Positions 30,830-46,063 of a DNA stretch of 64,000 nt are shown piece by piece (within the stretch, counting starts at the first letter, position 1; every line of letters starts with the position of its first letter). The stretch comes from the human T2T-CHM13v2.0 reference genome, Homo sapiens: the NCBI RefSeq assembly GCF_009914755.1, contig NC_060932.1. One strand, given 5' to 3'. Position numbers and translations under genes: made by a program. The notes beneath the pieces are model-generated. The model did no database searches. It had not been told where the DNA came from and saw only the letters and a program-made list of their open reading frames with translations.

Positions 30830-31500
30830 GGCGGGGAGGAGGTGCAGGGCCTGGCCAGAGCGGGCCTGGCCACGGGCAAGGGACAGCGACCTCCTGGGCC
30901 AGGACAGGTGAGAGCGGCGCAGGCCCGGGAACGGCGTGGCGGCGGTGCGCGTGAGCGGCCAGCAGAGGGCGCCAGAGAGCCAGGAGCGGCCCGCGGAGGA
31001 GCCCGCGCCGACCCCGATGCCCAGCTCCGCGCCGCGCGGACCCAACGAGCCCGCGCTCAGACGCCCCAGCTCCGCCGAGAGGCCGCTCGCTCCGGGTCCT
31101 TCTTCCCCAACTGCAGGCAGAGCCCCCGGAGTCATGGCCAGGCCTTCCGGCAGCTCCGAAGTCACTGGCAAGCCCCGAGGCAGGGATGGCCGGCCCAGGA
31201 GGGAGGAGGACGACGTCCCTCCCTACGAGAAGAGGCTGCGGCTGTTGCTGGAGGGGGGAAGCGCACAGCCCGAGGACAGGGAGGACGCGCCGCGGCCGGG
31301 CAGGGAGGAGACCGGCACCCAGACAGGTGGCGACGGCAGAGGAGTAAGTGACGCGGGCGCGGGGGTCCGGGGGTGCCGGGGACGCGGGGTAGAGGTGGCG
31401 GGAGGCTCCGTGGCCGGCGCTGGGTTGAAGTTGGGAGGGCGGCCTTCATTCTGAACCCATTAGGCAGCACGGGCAGCCCTCCTCGCCGCGGGCTGCATCA
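30830..31500 (+). promoter_or_regulatory. CpG island / putative promoter, unit A
   Basis: High GC and CpG density, GC box (ggggcgggg at ~30827), around an ATG...gtaagt exon. Confidence 0.8.
31017..31343 (+). other. Putative first exon, unit A (109 open codons ending at a phase-0 GTAAGT donor); resembles the distal RBFOX1 first exon
   Basis: MPSSAPRGPNEPALRRPSSAERPLAPGPSSPTAGRAPGV-MARPSGSSEVTGKPRGRDGRPRREEDDVPPYEKRLRLLLEGGSAQPEDREDAPRPGREETGTQTGGDGRG|gtaagt (31344). Second ATG at 31134 is in a good Kozak context (gtcATGg). The RBFOX1 link is from memory. Confidence 0.65.
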
Positions 31501-34214
31501 GAGCCCCCCTGCCCAGTCTTGGGGTTGCTCCTGGATGCTGTCTGGGAGGCTTGCTCATGGTGACATCCTCATCTCCCCGTGCACGTTACCGCATTCAGAG
31601 CTTGGGTCACCTGGACACTGAAATCAGGTGAATTTTCTCTGAGATCCCGAAAGAAGGACAGTTCTCAGGAAGGTTTTCCAGGGCCGATCACGGAAAGGAT
31701 GAGAAGGGAGAGGTCCTGGTCGGGAACACAATTACGGTGGCAGTGTAACACCAGGAAACTTTATTGCGTGAAGTCCCTCTCACTCCCTCTACCTCCCTCT
31801 TTTACGTGGACTCTGCCAAAGACCAGGATACCAGAATGCAGTGGAGTGACCAAGTGTAGTGGGACCTTGGGAACGCGAGTCTGGAGCCAGGCGGCTGGGG
31901 TTTGCATCCTGGTTCTGCCCCTCCTTAGCTGGCTGACATGGCACAAGCCACTTACCCTCTCTGAGCCTTACTGTCTTCAGTGGCAAATGGATCTGTCAAC
32001 AGGCCCCATTGCCTGGGGTTGTTACTGCTGAGATTAAGGGAAGCTCGTCCATAGAAGCACTTAGCGTTGTGCCTGGCACATAGTGTATGGTGGATAAATG
32101 AGACTTAGGACTAAAACTCATGCCCTGGTGTGTTTTTGCAGTGATGTTTTGTTCTGGGGTGCATCACAAGAGACAAGGTTCTTGGCTGGGCATGGTGGCT
32201 CAAGCCAATAATCCCAGCACTTTGAGAGGCCGAAAGGGGAGGATCGCTTGAGCCCAGGAGTTTAAGACCAGCCTGGGCACGGTGGTGAAGCCTCATATCA
32301 ACCAAAAATAAAAAAATAAAAAAAAAAGCCAGGTATGGTGGTGTGTGCCTGTAGTCCCAAGTACTTTGGAGGCTGAGGTGGGAGGATTGCTAGAGTCTGG
32401 AAGGTCGGGCTGCAGTGAGCTGTGGTCATGCCACTGCACTCCAGCCTGGGTGACAAAGTGAGACTCTGTTTCAAGGAAAAGAGAGAGAGAGAGACAGACA
32501 GATCCACAAGAGTCTTAAGCCAGAATCTTCATGTTAAAATGCCTTCTGGAGGCTAAAAGGATGATATGTTGATAATGAAATATTTAAAAGTCAGAAACGC
32601 CACTGAATTTTTTGGTCCACAGAGGGAAATGGGAATCGCATGACCTGAAGGATGATGGAGGAACTGAACAGAAACCATCCTTGTTTCCTGAATCTGAAAG
32701 TGGCACCCTCTTTTCACGTTGTCTGTATCTGCTCAGTCCGGCGGCCCCTCGAAAAGAGGCAATCTTGATTTTCAAACTTAAAATTTGGCCCAAAGCCCAC
32801 TGCTGCCCACAATGCCATCCAGACACATTCCTCTTCCCTTTTAGTTTCTATGGGAATACTCTCTTTGAAGAACCCATGAAGCAGTGTCAGGCTGGTGTGA
32901 GGATCAGCAGTGATTTCTTTGAGGAGGAGAGCCCGTTTCTTCACTCACAGGCCATGTCTGAGTGGATCAAGAAGAACAGAGTGCCCTTTTATGAGATTTT
33001 GTCTGCGTAGACCATTAGCTTGGTAAAAATGTCAAAACCATCTTCGTTCTTTAATAGCAGATTATTTTGGACTTTTCTCTGCAAGAAGCAGCATGGGCAT
33101 TCAGATGCTTTTAAGGATAAAATGTTCTTTCTCATCACCAGGCCTGGTGCTCTGGATGGCTGAGGTTTTAATGTGACTTGGTGTTCCTTGGAGTGGCTCC
33201 CAGGCTGTGCTCTTGTGGTTGGGTGGCAAGGGGTTGCTTTATTCGGTGGTGGCTAGAGGAGGTTTTAGCAGATAAATCGGGCCCCCAGGAGCCCCTGAGT
33301 GTCAAGTCCTGCTGCAGGGCATGTGTTTATGGTGGGGAGGTGGGGGGGGGTGGAGGGTGGGGGCATTGATTTCCTGCCAATATCAGAAGTTTCACAGGCT
33401 TCTTGTGTATCCACAAACACCCACCCCATTGAGAAGGCCTAGAAAACCTGGCCCTCCCCAAGCCTTTATTGACCACTTGTGAATGATCCCAAGGTGTGTC
33501 TGACCCACAGCTCCTCCTGGAGGGAGAGAAAAGTCTCTCCTAGGTATTTGGTTATCAACCTCAACCACTTGCTGAGCCTTCCCCAAGACCAGGCATCTTG
33601 GCAGAGATTTCTGGGTTGTCAGGCAGAACCGAGCATTCGAGAGTAATAACTCACTGGAGTCCCTGAAATCCCTGATGGACGCACCTGGTAAAAGCATCCA
33701 GGGTTGAAACCAGATGACGAAGGTTATTGTCAGCCTGGGGCTCCTGTAGAGGTGCATCCACATTGCAGGGATTTTCCTTCTTGCTGAGGAGAAACCTGGG
33801 TTTCTCAGCTTTGGCACAGTCACAACACTTGGGGTGAGACCATTCGTGGTGGTGGGGGAGGGGCTGTCCCATGTATTGTAGGATGGTTAGCAGCATCTGT
33901 GGTCTCCATCCTCTAGGTGCCATTCTACCCTCCCAGCTATGGCTACCCCAGATGTCTTCAGATGGTTTCAAATGCCGTGGGGCAAGGGAGTGGTACGTGA
34001 GCAAAACCACCCCAGTTGAGAGCCATTGGTCTACACTTGTGGAAATGTTTGAGGGTGAGAGTGTCGAGCTTGGGTCCCTGCTGTACCCTTTATGAGCAAT
34101 GCGGTCTTGGAAAATTAATAGTACTCCAGGGGCCTCAGTTTTCTCATCTATAAAATGGAGATAAATGAGATACACTTTCATAGGAAGGTTATATGGGATT
34201 TACTGAGATAATAA

Positions 34215-34546
<332 letters not shown>

Positions 34547-36929
34547 AAACATAAACTTACTTTCTTACCTCTTCTGCTGAACTCTATTTGCTTCTTTTCC
34601 CAAATGTCTTTATCCAGAAGAGCTTTTAGCAACAAAGTTACCCAATGCCCTTCCCTAGTCTCTCCTTGCAACTGGCTCTCAGCAGGGGGTGGGAGGAAAT
34701 CCTTGACAGAACCAATTTACATGACTGTTTGGAGGACTCTGGCTAGCCCCAGGAGGTGTTTGCATTTTTAAATTGGTTACTAGTGTCAGAATGTTTCATG
34801 AGTAAGAGCCCAGCCTCTATGTTGGATGCCCTGAATTTGAATCTCAGCATTGCCGCTTTGTATATAACCAGAGGATGGATTGGGGGACCTAATGGATCTA
34901 CCATGACATGAACTTGCACCAACATTCACCTGACCTCCAAAATGCCTATTCTGACTGGTAGACCCTAGTCTCATCCTAGTGCCAGTTCACAGCCTGTGTC
35001 CAGTGATCCTGCACAGGTCCATTAGTTCCTTTTCTCCTGTTCAGTCATCCTGGTAAAAGGCTGTGTATTCCCTTGGAGGCAGGCTGGGAGAAAGATTGAC
35101 AGTATTAATTTGTGGCAGTGGAGCAGTGTCCTTTCTGCAGGGGACCTGGCTTCCCATTCAGACAAGGGAATCCGGGTCTGTGAACTGGCTTATGTCTGGG
35201 AATTGACGGGGGACTGTGACTCTGTTTTTATGATTCAGATTAGACTTCTGCTCACCTGATCTAGAACTCTTCTGCAAACACAGATCCAGTAAAAATGTGG
35301 CAGGCTTCTTATCTATTTCACTTCTAGGAAAGCCACGATCAGCTGGCACCGTAGGTCTCTGAGAGTCAGGCTATGCTGGTTGCAGCTTTGACTCTGCTGT
35401 CTTTTATGGTAACTGCATCCACCTTGCCTTTGGGGATTGAGTGCTCTGATCACTTGGCCCCAGCCCCTGTAGTGTGCGTATGTCACTTACCCTCTTTATA
35501 CCTCAGTCTCCTCCTCTGTAAAATGGGCATCCTAATAGCACCCACCCCCAGGACTGCTGTGAGGTATAGATGGATTAGCATATGGCAAGTAATAGAAGAG
35601 GATCTCAAAGTCCATGTGTCGTTATCAGAATTATTTCATGATGGGGAGAGCTGGAGGAGAGAGGAAGGTGCTGAGCAGACCCACGTGCTCTCCCACCAGT
35701 GTTTCCTGAGCACCTACTATGTGCTGCCCACTGTGAGAGCTGTTAGGGTTGAAATAGGGAGCACAGCAGGGTAGGGGCTGCCATCAGGAGCTTAGTGGGG
35801 AGACCGTTGTGCAACATGGTTCCAGCACTTGGGGTGGGGAAGCTCAGGGAGTACAGCGGCCTAGGATCCTGGGCAGAAACATGGAAAGGACACAGCCGCC
35901 CCAGCCTCTCCTGCCTCCCCTGCCTCCCTGGCCTCCTCTGCTTCCCTGGCCTCTCCTGCCTTCCTGGCTTCCCCTTCCGCCCTGGCCTCCCCAGTCTCCC
36001 CTGTCTCTCCTGCTTTTGAGGTGGGCCAGGAGCTGCTGGTGCTCACTTAGCCTGTCCTGGACTCTGGGTGTAGCACTTCGATGTCCAGAAAATACCCCCC
36101 AGTTCAGCCCATCACACAACCTAGGAAGGAGCTCCACACTGACACTAAGGGTGCATCCTGGGCTCATTCATCAGGGCATGCCTCCAAAATACTTCTCCAC
36201 GTCTCCTCCCTTTGCCCACCTGCATTGTCTCTGTGCCTCAGCCCCAGCTGGAGGCCTGCAAGGATCCCCTATCTCCTCTGCCCCTGCACGGCTCGGTCCC
36301 AGGCAATCTGTCTGCCCACCACACCTCTCTCCTCTTGCCCACCACGCTCCAGCCCCACAGTCCTCTTTCTGCTTCTTTCCCAGCCTCTGGGCTTTTGCAC
36401 AGGCTGTTCCCTCTGCCTGAACACCCTCCACTGGGCTGAGAACAACTCTCTGAGGCCTCTCTCAGCTGTTGCTTCCTTTGGAACAGCCGCTGCTGCTGTC
36501 CCTCTCCCAGCTCCAAGACCTGCTGAGCCTCCTGTCTTTTTCAGTTCCCATGCCCCCAGCACTTCTTCTTGGCCTCCTTTTGCCCAATTGACAATGTCCA
36601 TTCTCAATGCCTTCCCACCCAGCGCTGAGCCCCACTGGGTGAAGGCAATGCCTGTCATGTTCTCCACAATATCCCCTCCCCCATCACCACGCCTGGTCCA
36701 CAGTGATGCTCAAAAAAGATCTGTTGGTAGGCAATGGGAAGGTGCATTCATGTCATCCTGCAGGCGGAATTCTCCACGAGTTTTGAGCAGCCTCGGGTTT
36801 CCCACCACCTCCAAATCATGGAAGACACAGGGTAAGAGCAAAGACAAGGTGGTTGTGGCCGATGTCCACCATCTCGGGGCGTCCTTTCTCTTCTCTCCTC
36901 CTTGGGCAGGGAGACCATCGGGTGCAACC

Positions 36930-37900
36930 TGGCTGGGGCGGGGAGGAGGTGCAGGGCCTGGCCAGAGCGGGCCTGGCCACAGGCAGGGGACAGCGACTGC
37001 TTGGGCCTGGGCAGGTGAGAGCCGGGCAGGCCAGTACCCGGCGTGTCCGCGGTGCGCGCAAGCGGCCGGCAGAGGGCGCCAGAGAGCCAGGAGCGGCCCG
37101 CGGAGGAGCCCGCGCCCGCCGGGATGCCCAGCCCCGCGCCGCGCTGACCCACCGAGCCCTCGCTCAGACGCCCCAGCTCCGCCGAGAGGCCGCTCGCGCC
37201 GGGTCCTTCCTCTTCCCCAGGTGCAGGCAGAGCCCCCGGAGTCATGGCCAGCCCTTCCGGCAGCTCCGAAGCCACTGGCAAGCCCCGAGGCAGGGATGGC
37301 CGGCCCAGGAGGGAAGAGGACGACGTCCCTCCCGAAGAGAAGAGGCTGCGGCTGTTGCTGGAGGGGGGAAGCGCAGAACCTGAGGACTGCGAGGACGGGG
37401 AGGACGCGCCGCGGCCAGGCAGGGAGGAGACCGGGACCCAGACAGGTGGCGACGGCAGAGGAGTAAGTGACGCGGGCGCGGAGGTCCGGGGGTGCCAGGG
37501 GCGCGGGGTAGGGGCGGCGGGAGGCTCCGGGGCCGGCCCTGGGTTGAAGTTGGTAATTGAGCGGCAAGTCCGGCGGGCGCGGAGTGACAGCTCATGACGG
37601 CCTCCGAGACGCCAGCTGCCCCTTCTCGGCTGTGTGGCTTCGACTTCCTGATTCTCCCACGACATCCCTGGCCGGGAGATCCGCTGGACTCTGTGGCTGG
37701 CCAAAAGGAGAGGGGGAGCCCCGCGTCCTGGGGGCCCCTAGCAGGGGAAGGGGCGGGGGTTGCCCCGGGCATCCTGTCTGGGGCATCTGTCTGGGATTCT
37801 GTCGGTGCCTCTCACCTGGCGAGGGGCCTGTGGTGGGGGTAGGGGGGAAGTCCCTGGCGCCAGGCTTGGCCAAGCCCTGCTCTGCTGGGCTGCAGGCTGG
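36930..37900 (+). promoter_or_regulatory. CpG island / putative promoter, unit B (longer than in unit A)
   Basis: GC/CpG-rich, with GC boxes and G-runs. Confidence 0.8.
37244..37462 (+). other. Putative first exon, unit B (73 codons, 219 nt, phase-0 GTAAGT donor); resembles the distal RBFOX1 first exon
   Basis: MASPSGSSEATGKPRGRDGRPRREEDDVPPEEKRLRLLLEGGSAEPEDCEDGEDAPRPGREETGTQTGGDGRG|gtaagt (37463). The upstream in-frame ATG at 37124 is closed by TGA at 37145. Confidence 0.65.
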
Positions 37901-39113
37901 TGGCGCTCACCCAGCTCCTCACCTGTCCCGCATCTTCCTGTTTTTCTTCCCTTTCTGGTTGGGCAGCGAGAGTTGAGAGGAGGCAGATGGCTTCCATCCC
38001 AGAAATCGCTCTCCTCTTTCCATCCCTACAGAGAGGGACAGAGAGGCAAAGTTCCTTCCATCCCCCGGGGCGCTGTCCCTGTGAGCTCCCGGTGTCCTGC
38101 ACACGTGGGCCCCTGAGTCACCGGGCCTGTGTGTGTGGGATGGGGCTGCGTAGCCAGGCTGGCCTCCTGGGGTTCACTTTGTGCTTTCCTACGCCTACTC
38201 TTCCTGTGTGGCTTTGCTGGCCTTCCACTGGGGAGGCACATGGGTTTGGAGGGCAGATGAGGACCCACTGGAGAGCCGTACCCCTCAGTGAGGGCTGCCA
38301 CCTTGATGGTTTTTGATGGATAATGGGGTTGACCTCTTTGTTCCTTCCACATGTTTTTATGTTTGACCATTTGCTCAGCTGAGCTTGTCTTAATAATTGG
38401 ATTCGTGGTTAATGAGCCCCACATGGGAGAGAGGGCGGCCTTCAATCTGAACCCATTTAGGCAGCACGGGCAGCCCTCCTCGCCGTGGGCTGCATCAGAG
38501 CCCCCCTGCCCAGTCTTGGGGTTGCTCCCGGATGCTGTCTGGGAGGCTTGCTCATGGTGACATCCTCATCTCCCTGTGCACGTTACTGCATTCAGAGCTT
38601 GGGTCACCTGGACACTGAACTCAGGTGAATTTTCTCTGAGATCCCGGGAGAAGGAGGACAGTTCTTTCGAAGGTTTTCCAGGGCCGATCACGGAAAGGAT
38701 GAGAAGAGAGAGGTCCTGGTCGGGGACACAATTACGGTGGCAGTGTAATGCCGGGAAACTCTATTGCATGAAGTCCCTCTCACTCCCTCTACCTCCCTCT
38801 TTTACGTGGACTCTGCCAAAGACCAGGATACCAGAATGCAGTGGAGTGACCAAGTGTAGTGGGACCTTGGGAACGCGAGTCTGAAGCCAGGCGGCTGGGG
38901 TGTGCATCCTGGTTCTGCCCCTCCTTAGCTGGCTGACATGGCACAAGCCACTTACCCTCTCTGAGCCTTACTGTCTTCAGTGGCAAATGGATCTGTCAAC
39001 AGGCCCCATTGCCTGGGGTTGTTACTGCTGAGATTAAGGGAAGCTCGTCCATAGAAGCACTTAGCGTTGTGCCTGGCACATAGTGTATGGTGGATAAATG
39101 AGACTTAGGACTA

Positions 39114-39524
<411 letters not shown>

Positions 39525-41231
39525 TCATGTTAAAATGCTTTCTGGAGGCTAAAAGGATGATATGTTGATAATGAAATATTTAAAAGTCAGAAACCCCACT
39601 GAATTTTTTGGTCCACAGAGGGAAATGGGAATCGCATGACCTGAAGGATGATGGAGGAACTGACCAGAAACCATCCTTGTTTCCTGAATCTGAATATGGC
39701 ACGCTCTTTTCACGGTGCCTGTATCTGCTCAGTCTGGCGGCCCCTTGAAAAGAGGGAATCTTGATTTTCAAACTTAAAAGTTGGCCCAAAGCCCACTGCT
39801 GCCCACAATGCCCTCCAGACACATTCCTCTTCCCTTTTAGTTCCTATGGGAATACTCTCTTTGAAGAACCCATGAAGCAGTGTCAGGCTGGTACGAGGAT
39901 CAGCAGTGATTTCTTTGAGGAGGAGAGCCCGTTTCTTCACTCACAGGCCATGTCTGAGTGGATCAAGAAGAACAGAGTGCCCTTTTATGAGATTTTGTCT
40001 GCGTAGACCATTAGCTTGGTAAAAATGCCAAAACCATCCTCGTTCTTTAATAGCAGATTATTTTGGACTTTTCTCTGCAAGAAAAGCAGCATGGGCATTC
40101 AGATGCTTTTAAGGATAAAATGTTCTTTCTCATCACCAGGCCTGGTGCTCTGGATGGCTGAGGTTTTAATGTGACTGGATGTCCCTTGGAGTGGCTCCTA
40201 GGCTGTGCTCTTGTGGTTGGGTGGCAAGGGGTTGCTTTATTAGGTGGTGCCTAGAGGATCTTTTAGAAGGTAAATGGGGACCCCAGGAGCCCCTGAGTGC
40301 CAAGTCCTGCTGCAGGGCATGTGTTTATGGTGGGGATGTGGAGGGTGGGGGCATTGATTTCCTGCCAATATCAGAAGTTTCACAGGCTTCTTGTGTATCC
40401 ACAAACACCCATCCCATTGAGAAGGCCTAGAAAACCTGGCCCTCCCCAAGCCTTTATTGACCGCTTGTGAATGATACCAGGGTGTATCTGACCAACAGCT
40501 CTTCCTGGAGGGAGAGAAAAGTCTCTCCTAGGTATTTGGTTATCAACCTCAACCATTTGCTGAGCCTTCCCCAAGACCAGGCACCTTGGCAGAGATTTCT
40601 GGGTTGTCAGGCAGAATGGAGCATTCAAGGGTGATAACTCACTGCAGTCCCTGAAATCCCTGATGGATGCACCAGGTAAAAGCATCCAGGGTTGAAACCA
40701 GATGACGAAGGTTATTGTCAGCCTGGGGCTCCTGTAGAGGTGCATCCACGTTGCAGGGATTTCCCTTCTTGCTGAGGAGAAACCTGGGTTTCTCAGCTTT
40801 GGCACAGTCACAACACTTGGGGTGAGACCATTCGTGGTGGTTGGGGGGGGGCATCCTGTGTATTGTAGGATGGTTAGCAGCATCTGTGGTCTCCATCCTC
40901 TAGGTGCCATTCTACCCTCCCGGCTATGGCTACCCCAGATGTCTCCAGACGGTTTCAAATGCCATGGAGCAAGGGAGTGGTACGTGAGCAAAACCACCCC
41001 AGTTGAGAGCCATTGGTCTACACTTGTGGAAATGTTTGAGGGTGAGAGTGTCGAGCTTGGGTCCCTGCTGTACCCTTTATGAGCAATGCGGTCTTGGAAA
41101 ATTAATAGTACTCCAGGGGCCTCAGTTTTCTCATCTATAAAATGGAGATAAATGAGATACACTTTCATAGGAAGGTTATATGGGATTTACTGAGATAATA
41201 AGACAGTACATGAAAAATGCTGGGCATAGCA

Positions 41232-41534
<303 letters not shown>

Positions 41535-42876
41535 CTGGGCATAGCATTGTAACACAGACAAAGCACAAAATACTTGGGCAATATCTTTTTACATTTAGCT
41601 TGTCTAGACTCCATCCTCCATTCCCTCATGCACTGGTGTGGTGCAGACCAGAATATCACCCACCTAGACTGCAGAGTGTATTTGGGTGGCATCTTGGCTT
41701 TCTGCACAAGACTTGCCTGTTCCCCACCACATCCCCCTGTTTCTCAGGGTCCAGGATTCCAGGAGGCAGGGATGTGGGCAGGCAGGGTAGGTGGCCCACC
41801 CAGTTCCATCCCACGCTGGGGACCTGCAGAGCTGGCTGTCCGAGACAGGGTGTTTGGACCAACATCTGGGTTTCTGGATTTCCATTTGAGCACAGCTGGA
41901 CTACACAGGCTGAAGCTCTCTCTGCCGAGATATAGATATTTCCCTGGTGACGATCTTTCAAGCTGACATGAAGACATGGCCACCCACTGGAATGTCGTGT
42001 GTCTGCTGTGGCGCCCTTGTAATTTGTGAGGCAGGCTCCTGAGGAATGCAGTGCATAAGTGGGAAATGGTGGGAAGTTCTCCCATCCCCCCCGGACGAAA
42101 GTGCTGCCTGCGCAGGTTGGTGGACGGTCCTTTGAGCAGGAAGAAGACATGAAGCACATTCCTGTTAGCTATGACAGAGAGGGGCAGGGTACACACTGGA
42201 CATTTCGCACCCTTCCAAAGAAGCAAGTCTTACTATGCTGGGAGTACTTGTGGAGTGGGGGCTGTGTTGCCCTGGGCTTTAATTATTTCAGGAACATTTA
42301 ACCACAGGGCAAGCAGGCTGGATCTTGATATGTGTTTCTCAGTTGGAAAGACTTTGGACCATAGGGAGATGTCTTCTCAATTCTTTTAATTTCATTAAGG
42401 TGGTCATTTTTCTTCCCGTGGCCTCTGGATTGTGACACAGAACTCAAGGGACAGGAAGGAGATGAGTTGGAGGCTGGGACAGGGGTCCCTGCCAGGGATG
42501 CTGGTGACTCACATGACGGTGTTGATGTGTGGAGTCCAGTGCCTGGTTTGGGGAATGTTCGTGGGATATGTTCCAAAGGACCGACGGACCTATCAGGTAC
42601 TGGAGGTGAATGGTCAAGTCTGATCTCAGGGCTAACAGTGTCTGGAAAGGACAGGAAGTTGATGTTGGACTCATTGGCTGAGGTTGCTGGGGACCTAGGG
42701 GGCAATGTGTGCCAGGACAGATAGTTCTGGGGCTAGGAAGGCAGGTTTGGGCTGGAGACCTGGGCTTGGGAGGCATCCCAGGTGGACAGTGGTTGAGGTT
42801 GTGGAAATGACCGTGATTGCCTGGGATGAGAGTGGAGACAGACAAGATGGGGGTTTTGCTTTAAAGCCTGGGGAGC

Positions 42877-43495
<619 letters not shown>

Positions 43496-44479
43496 AGAAT
43501 TCTGAATTTTATTTTTAATAATTATTTTAGTAAAGAGAATGTCTTGTTTTTTGGAGTTGTTGAATTTATTGAATTGGCAAAAATTATGTATAAGAGGTTA
43601 TACAAAATGACGTGATTGAAGTATGTATACATTACAGAAATGGCTAAATCAAGTTAAATAACACTTCACAATTCAAGATTCCCTCATTTATATAATACTT
43701 CATGATTCAAGATTCCCTTATTTTTATAATTATAAATAATTATGCCTTTCCTCCATGAATGTTAGTGGGATTTTTATATTTTTATTGAGATACAATTTAC
43801 CATAAAATTCATTGCCTTAAAGTGTTCTATTCAGTGGTTATCAGTGTATTCTTAAAATTGTGCACCCCTCACCATTATCTAATTCCAGAATATGTTTATA
43901 ATCGCAAGAAGAAATCTCTCCTCCTCCCAGTCCTTAGCAACCACTGATCTAATTTTTGTGTCTATGTATATTCGTATTCTGGACATTTACTATGGAGAGA
44001 ATAATAATTATGTGATCCTTCATGTCTGCCTTCTTTCATTTAGCATAATGTTTTCAAGATTCATCCATGTTGTGGCATAGATTCGTACTTCATTCCTTCA
44101 TTCAGTGGTCATCAGTATATCCCACTTTAAGAATCCACTGATAGTCACTAAATGGAACACTCTAAAGGAATGAATTTTATAGTAAATTCTATCTCAATAA
44201 AAATATAAAACACCAACATTCATGGAGGAAAGGTGTAATTCTGTATAATTATATAAATGATGGAATCTTGAAATACATTTTAAAACGTGCTCTGAGGTAA
44301 TATGCGCCTCAGAAACGATAAATAAGTCAATTGATAATCTAAATCTCAGGTATAAACCACAGTTTAATATGTATTTATTATAAAGTATTGGTGGATTTTA
44401 AAATTAATTTGGGAAAGTTAGATTGATTATTGGTGTTGGTAAAAAAAAATTTCATCGTATGGATTATTTACCATATGGT

Positions 44480-45505
44480 TGTTTATAACAGACTTTAATG
44501 ATCCATTGTGTTTCTTTTATATCAGTTGTAATGTCTCCTGTTTTATTTCTGATTTTATTTATTTGGCATTCTCTCTTTTGTTCTTGGTTAGTCTAGCTAG
44601 CAGTTTATAAAGTCTGTTTATCTCTTCCAAAAGTCAACTTTTTGTTTCATTAATTCTTTGCATTTTTTAAATCTCGAATTCGCTGAGTTCTGCTCTGATT
44701 TTTATTATTTCTTTCCTTCTCCTTAGTTTGGATTTCATTTTTTCTTGATTTTCTTGTTCCTTGAGGTGCATAGTAGCTTGTTCATAATCTTACTATGTTC
44801 TTGCAGTAGGCATTTATTGCTATAAAATTCTCTATTAGCACTGTCTTTGTTGTATTCCATAGGTTTTGGTATGTTGTGTTTCCGTTTGCATTTATTTCAA
44901 GAACATTTGTTATTTTCTTCTTAATTTTCTCATTGACTCAATGGTTGTTCAGAAGCATGTTGTTTAATTTCCATGTTATCTGTATAGTTTCCAAAGTTCC
45001 TCCTAGTATTCATTTCTAGTTCTATTCTATTTTTGTCTAGAATATACTTGATATAATGTTGATTTTTCAAAATTTGTTGAAACTTGTTTTGTGTCTTAAC
45101 ATATGGTCTAGCCTGGAGAATGTTCTATCTGATGAGGAGAAGAATGTGTACTCCACTGCTATTGGATGAAATGTTCTGTAAATGTCTGTTAAGTCTATTT
45201 GGTCTGCGGTACAGATTAAATTCGATGATTATTTGTTAGCTTTCTACCTAGAATGCTGAATGTTCAATGCTGAAAGTGGGGTATTGAAGCCCTCAGTTAT
45301 CATGATGTTGAGGTGTATCTCTCTCTTTACCTCTAATGACATTTTTAATATATCTAAGTATTCCACTACTGGGTACATATATATACATATTTGGAATTTT
45401 TATATCCTCTTGCTGAATTGGCCCTTTTATCATTATATGATGGCCTTCTTTGTCTCTTTTTATGTTTTTTTGCTTAAAGTCAATTTTGTCCAATATAAAT
45501 ATAGA
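44480..45505 (-). mobile_element. L1 ORF2 (endonuclease region) fragment
   Basis: Reverse translation ILDKIDFKQKNIKRDKEGHHIMIKGPIQQEDI. Confidence 0.9.
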
Positions 45506-45918
45506 TGTATTAGGCCATTCTTGCATTGCTATAGGGTTATCATAAGAAAGTACCACAGAATGGGTGCCTTAAATAACAAAAGTTCATTTTCTCACAGTTG
45601 TGGATGTTATAAGTCTAAGATCAAGATGTCAGCATATTTGGTTTCTCCTGAGGCCTGTCTTGGCTTGCAGCTGGTTGCCTTCTTGCTATGTCCTCTTATG
45701 GCATTTTTTCTGTGCACATGCATTCCTGGTGTCTCTTCCTCTTCTAATAAGGACATCAGCCATATTGCACGAGGGCCATACCCTGGGAGTCTCATTTTAG
45801 CTTTATCACTCCTTAAAAAAAAAAACAAACTTATCTTCAAATATGATTACATTCTGAGATACTAAAGATTGGGACTTCAACATACAAATTTTGGAGGAAC
45901 ACTGCTTAGCCCATAACG
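45506..45918 (-). mobile_element. MaLR LTR (MLT1/MST-like)
   Basis: gtaccacagaatgggtgccttaaataaca..ttttctcacagtt..aagtctaagatcaagatgtcagc..gacttcaacatacaaattttgg..cttagcccataac. Confidence 0.75.
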
Positions 45919-46063
45919 ATGAATTCATCAATAGACTGATATGATCAAGGAAAGAATCGGTGAGCTTAAAGAAGTTTAAATAGCAACTTCCAAAACTTAA
46001 AAGCAAAGAAAAAAGAAGTAAAAGAACAGAATATTTAATAAGTGTAGGCCAATTGCAAAAGGA

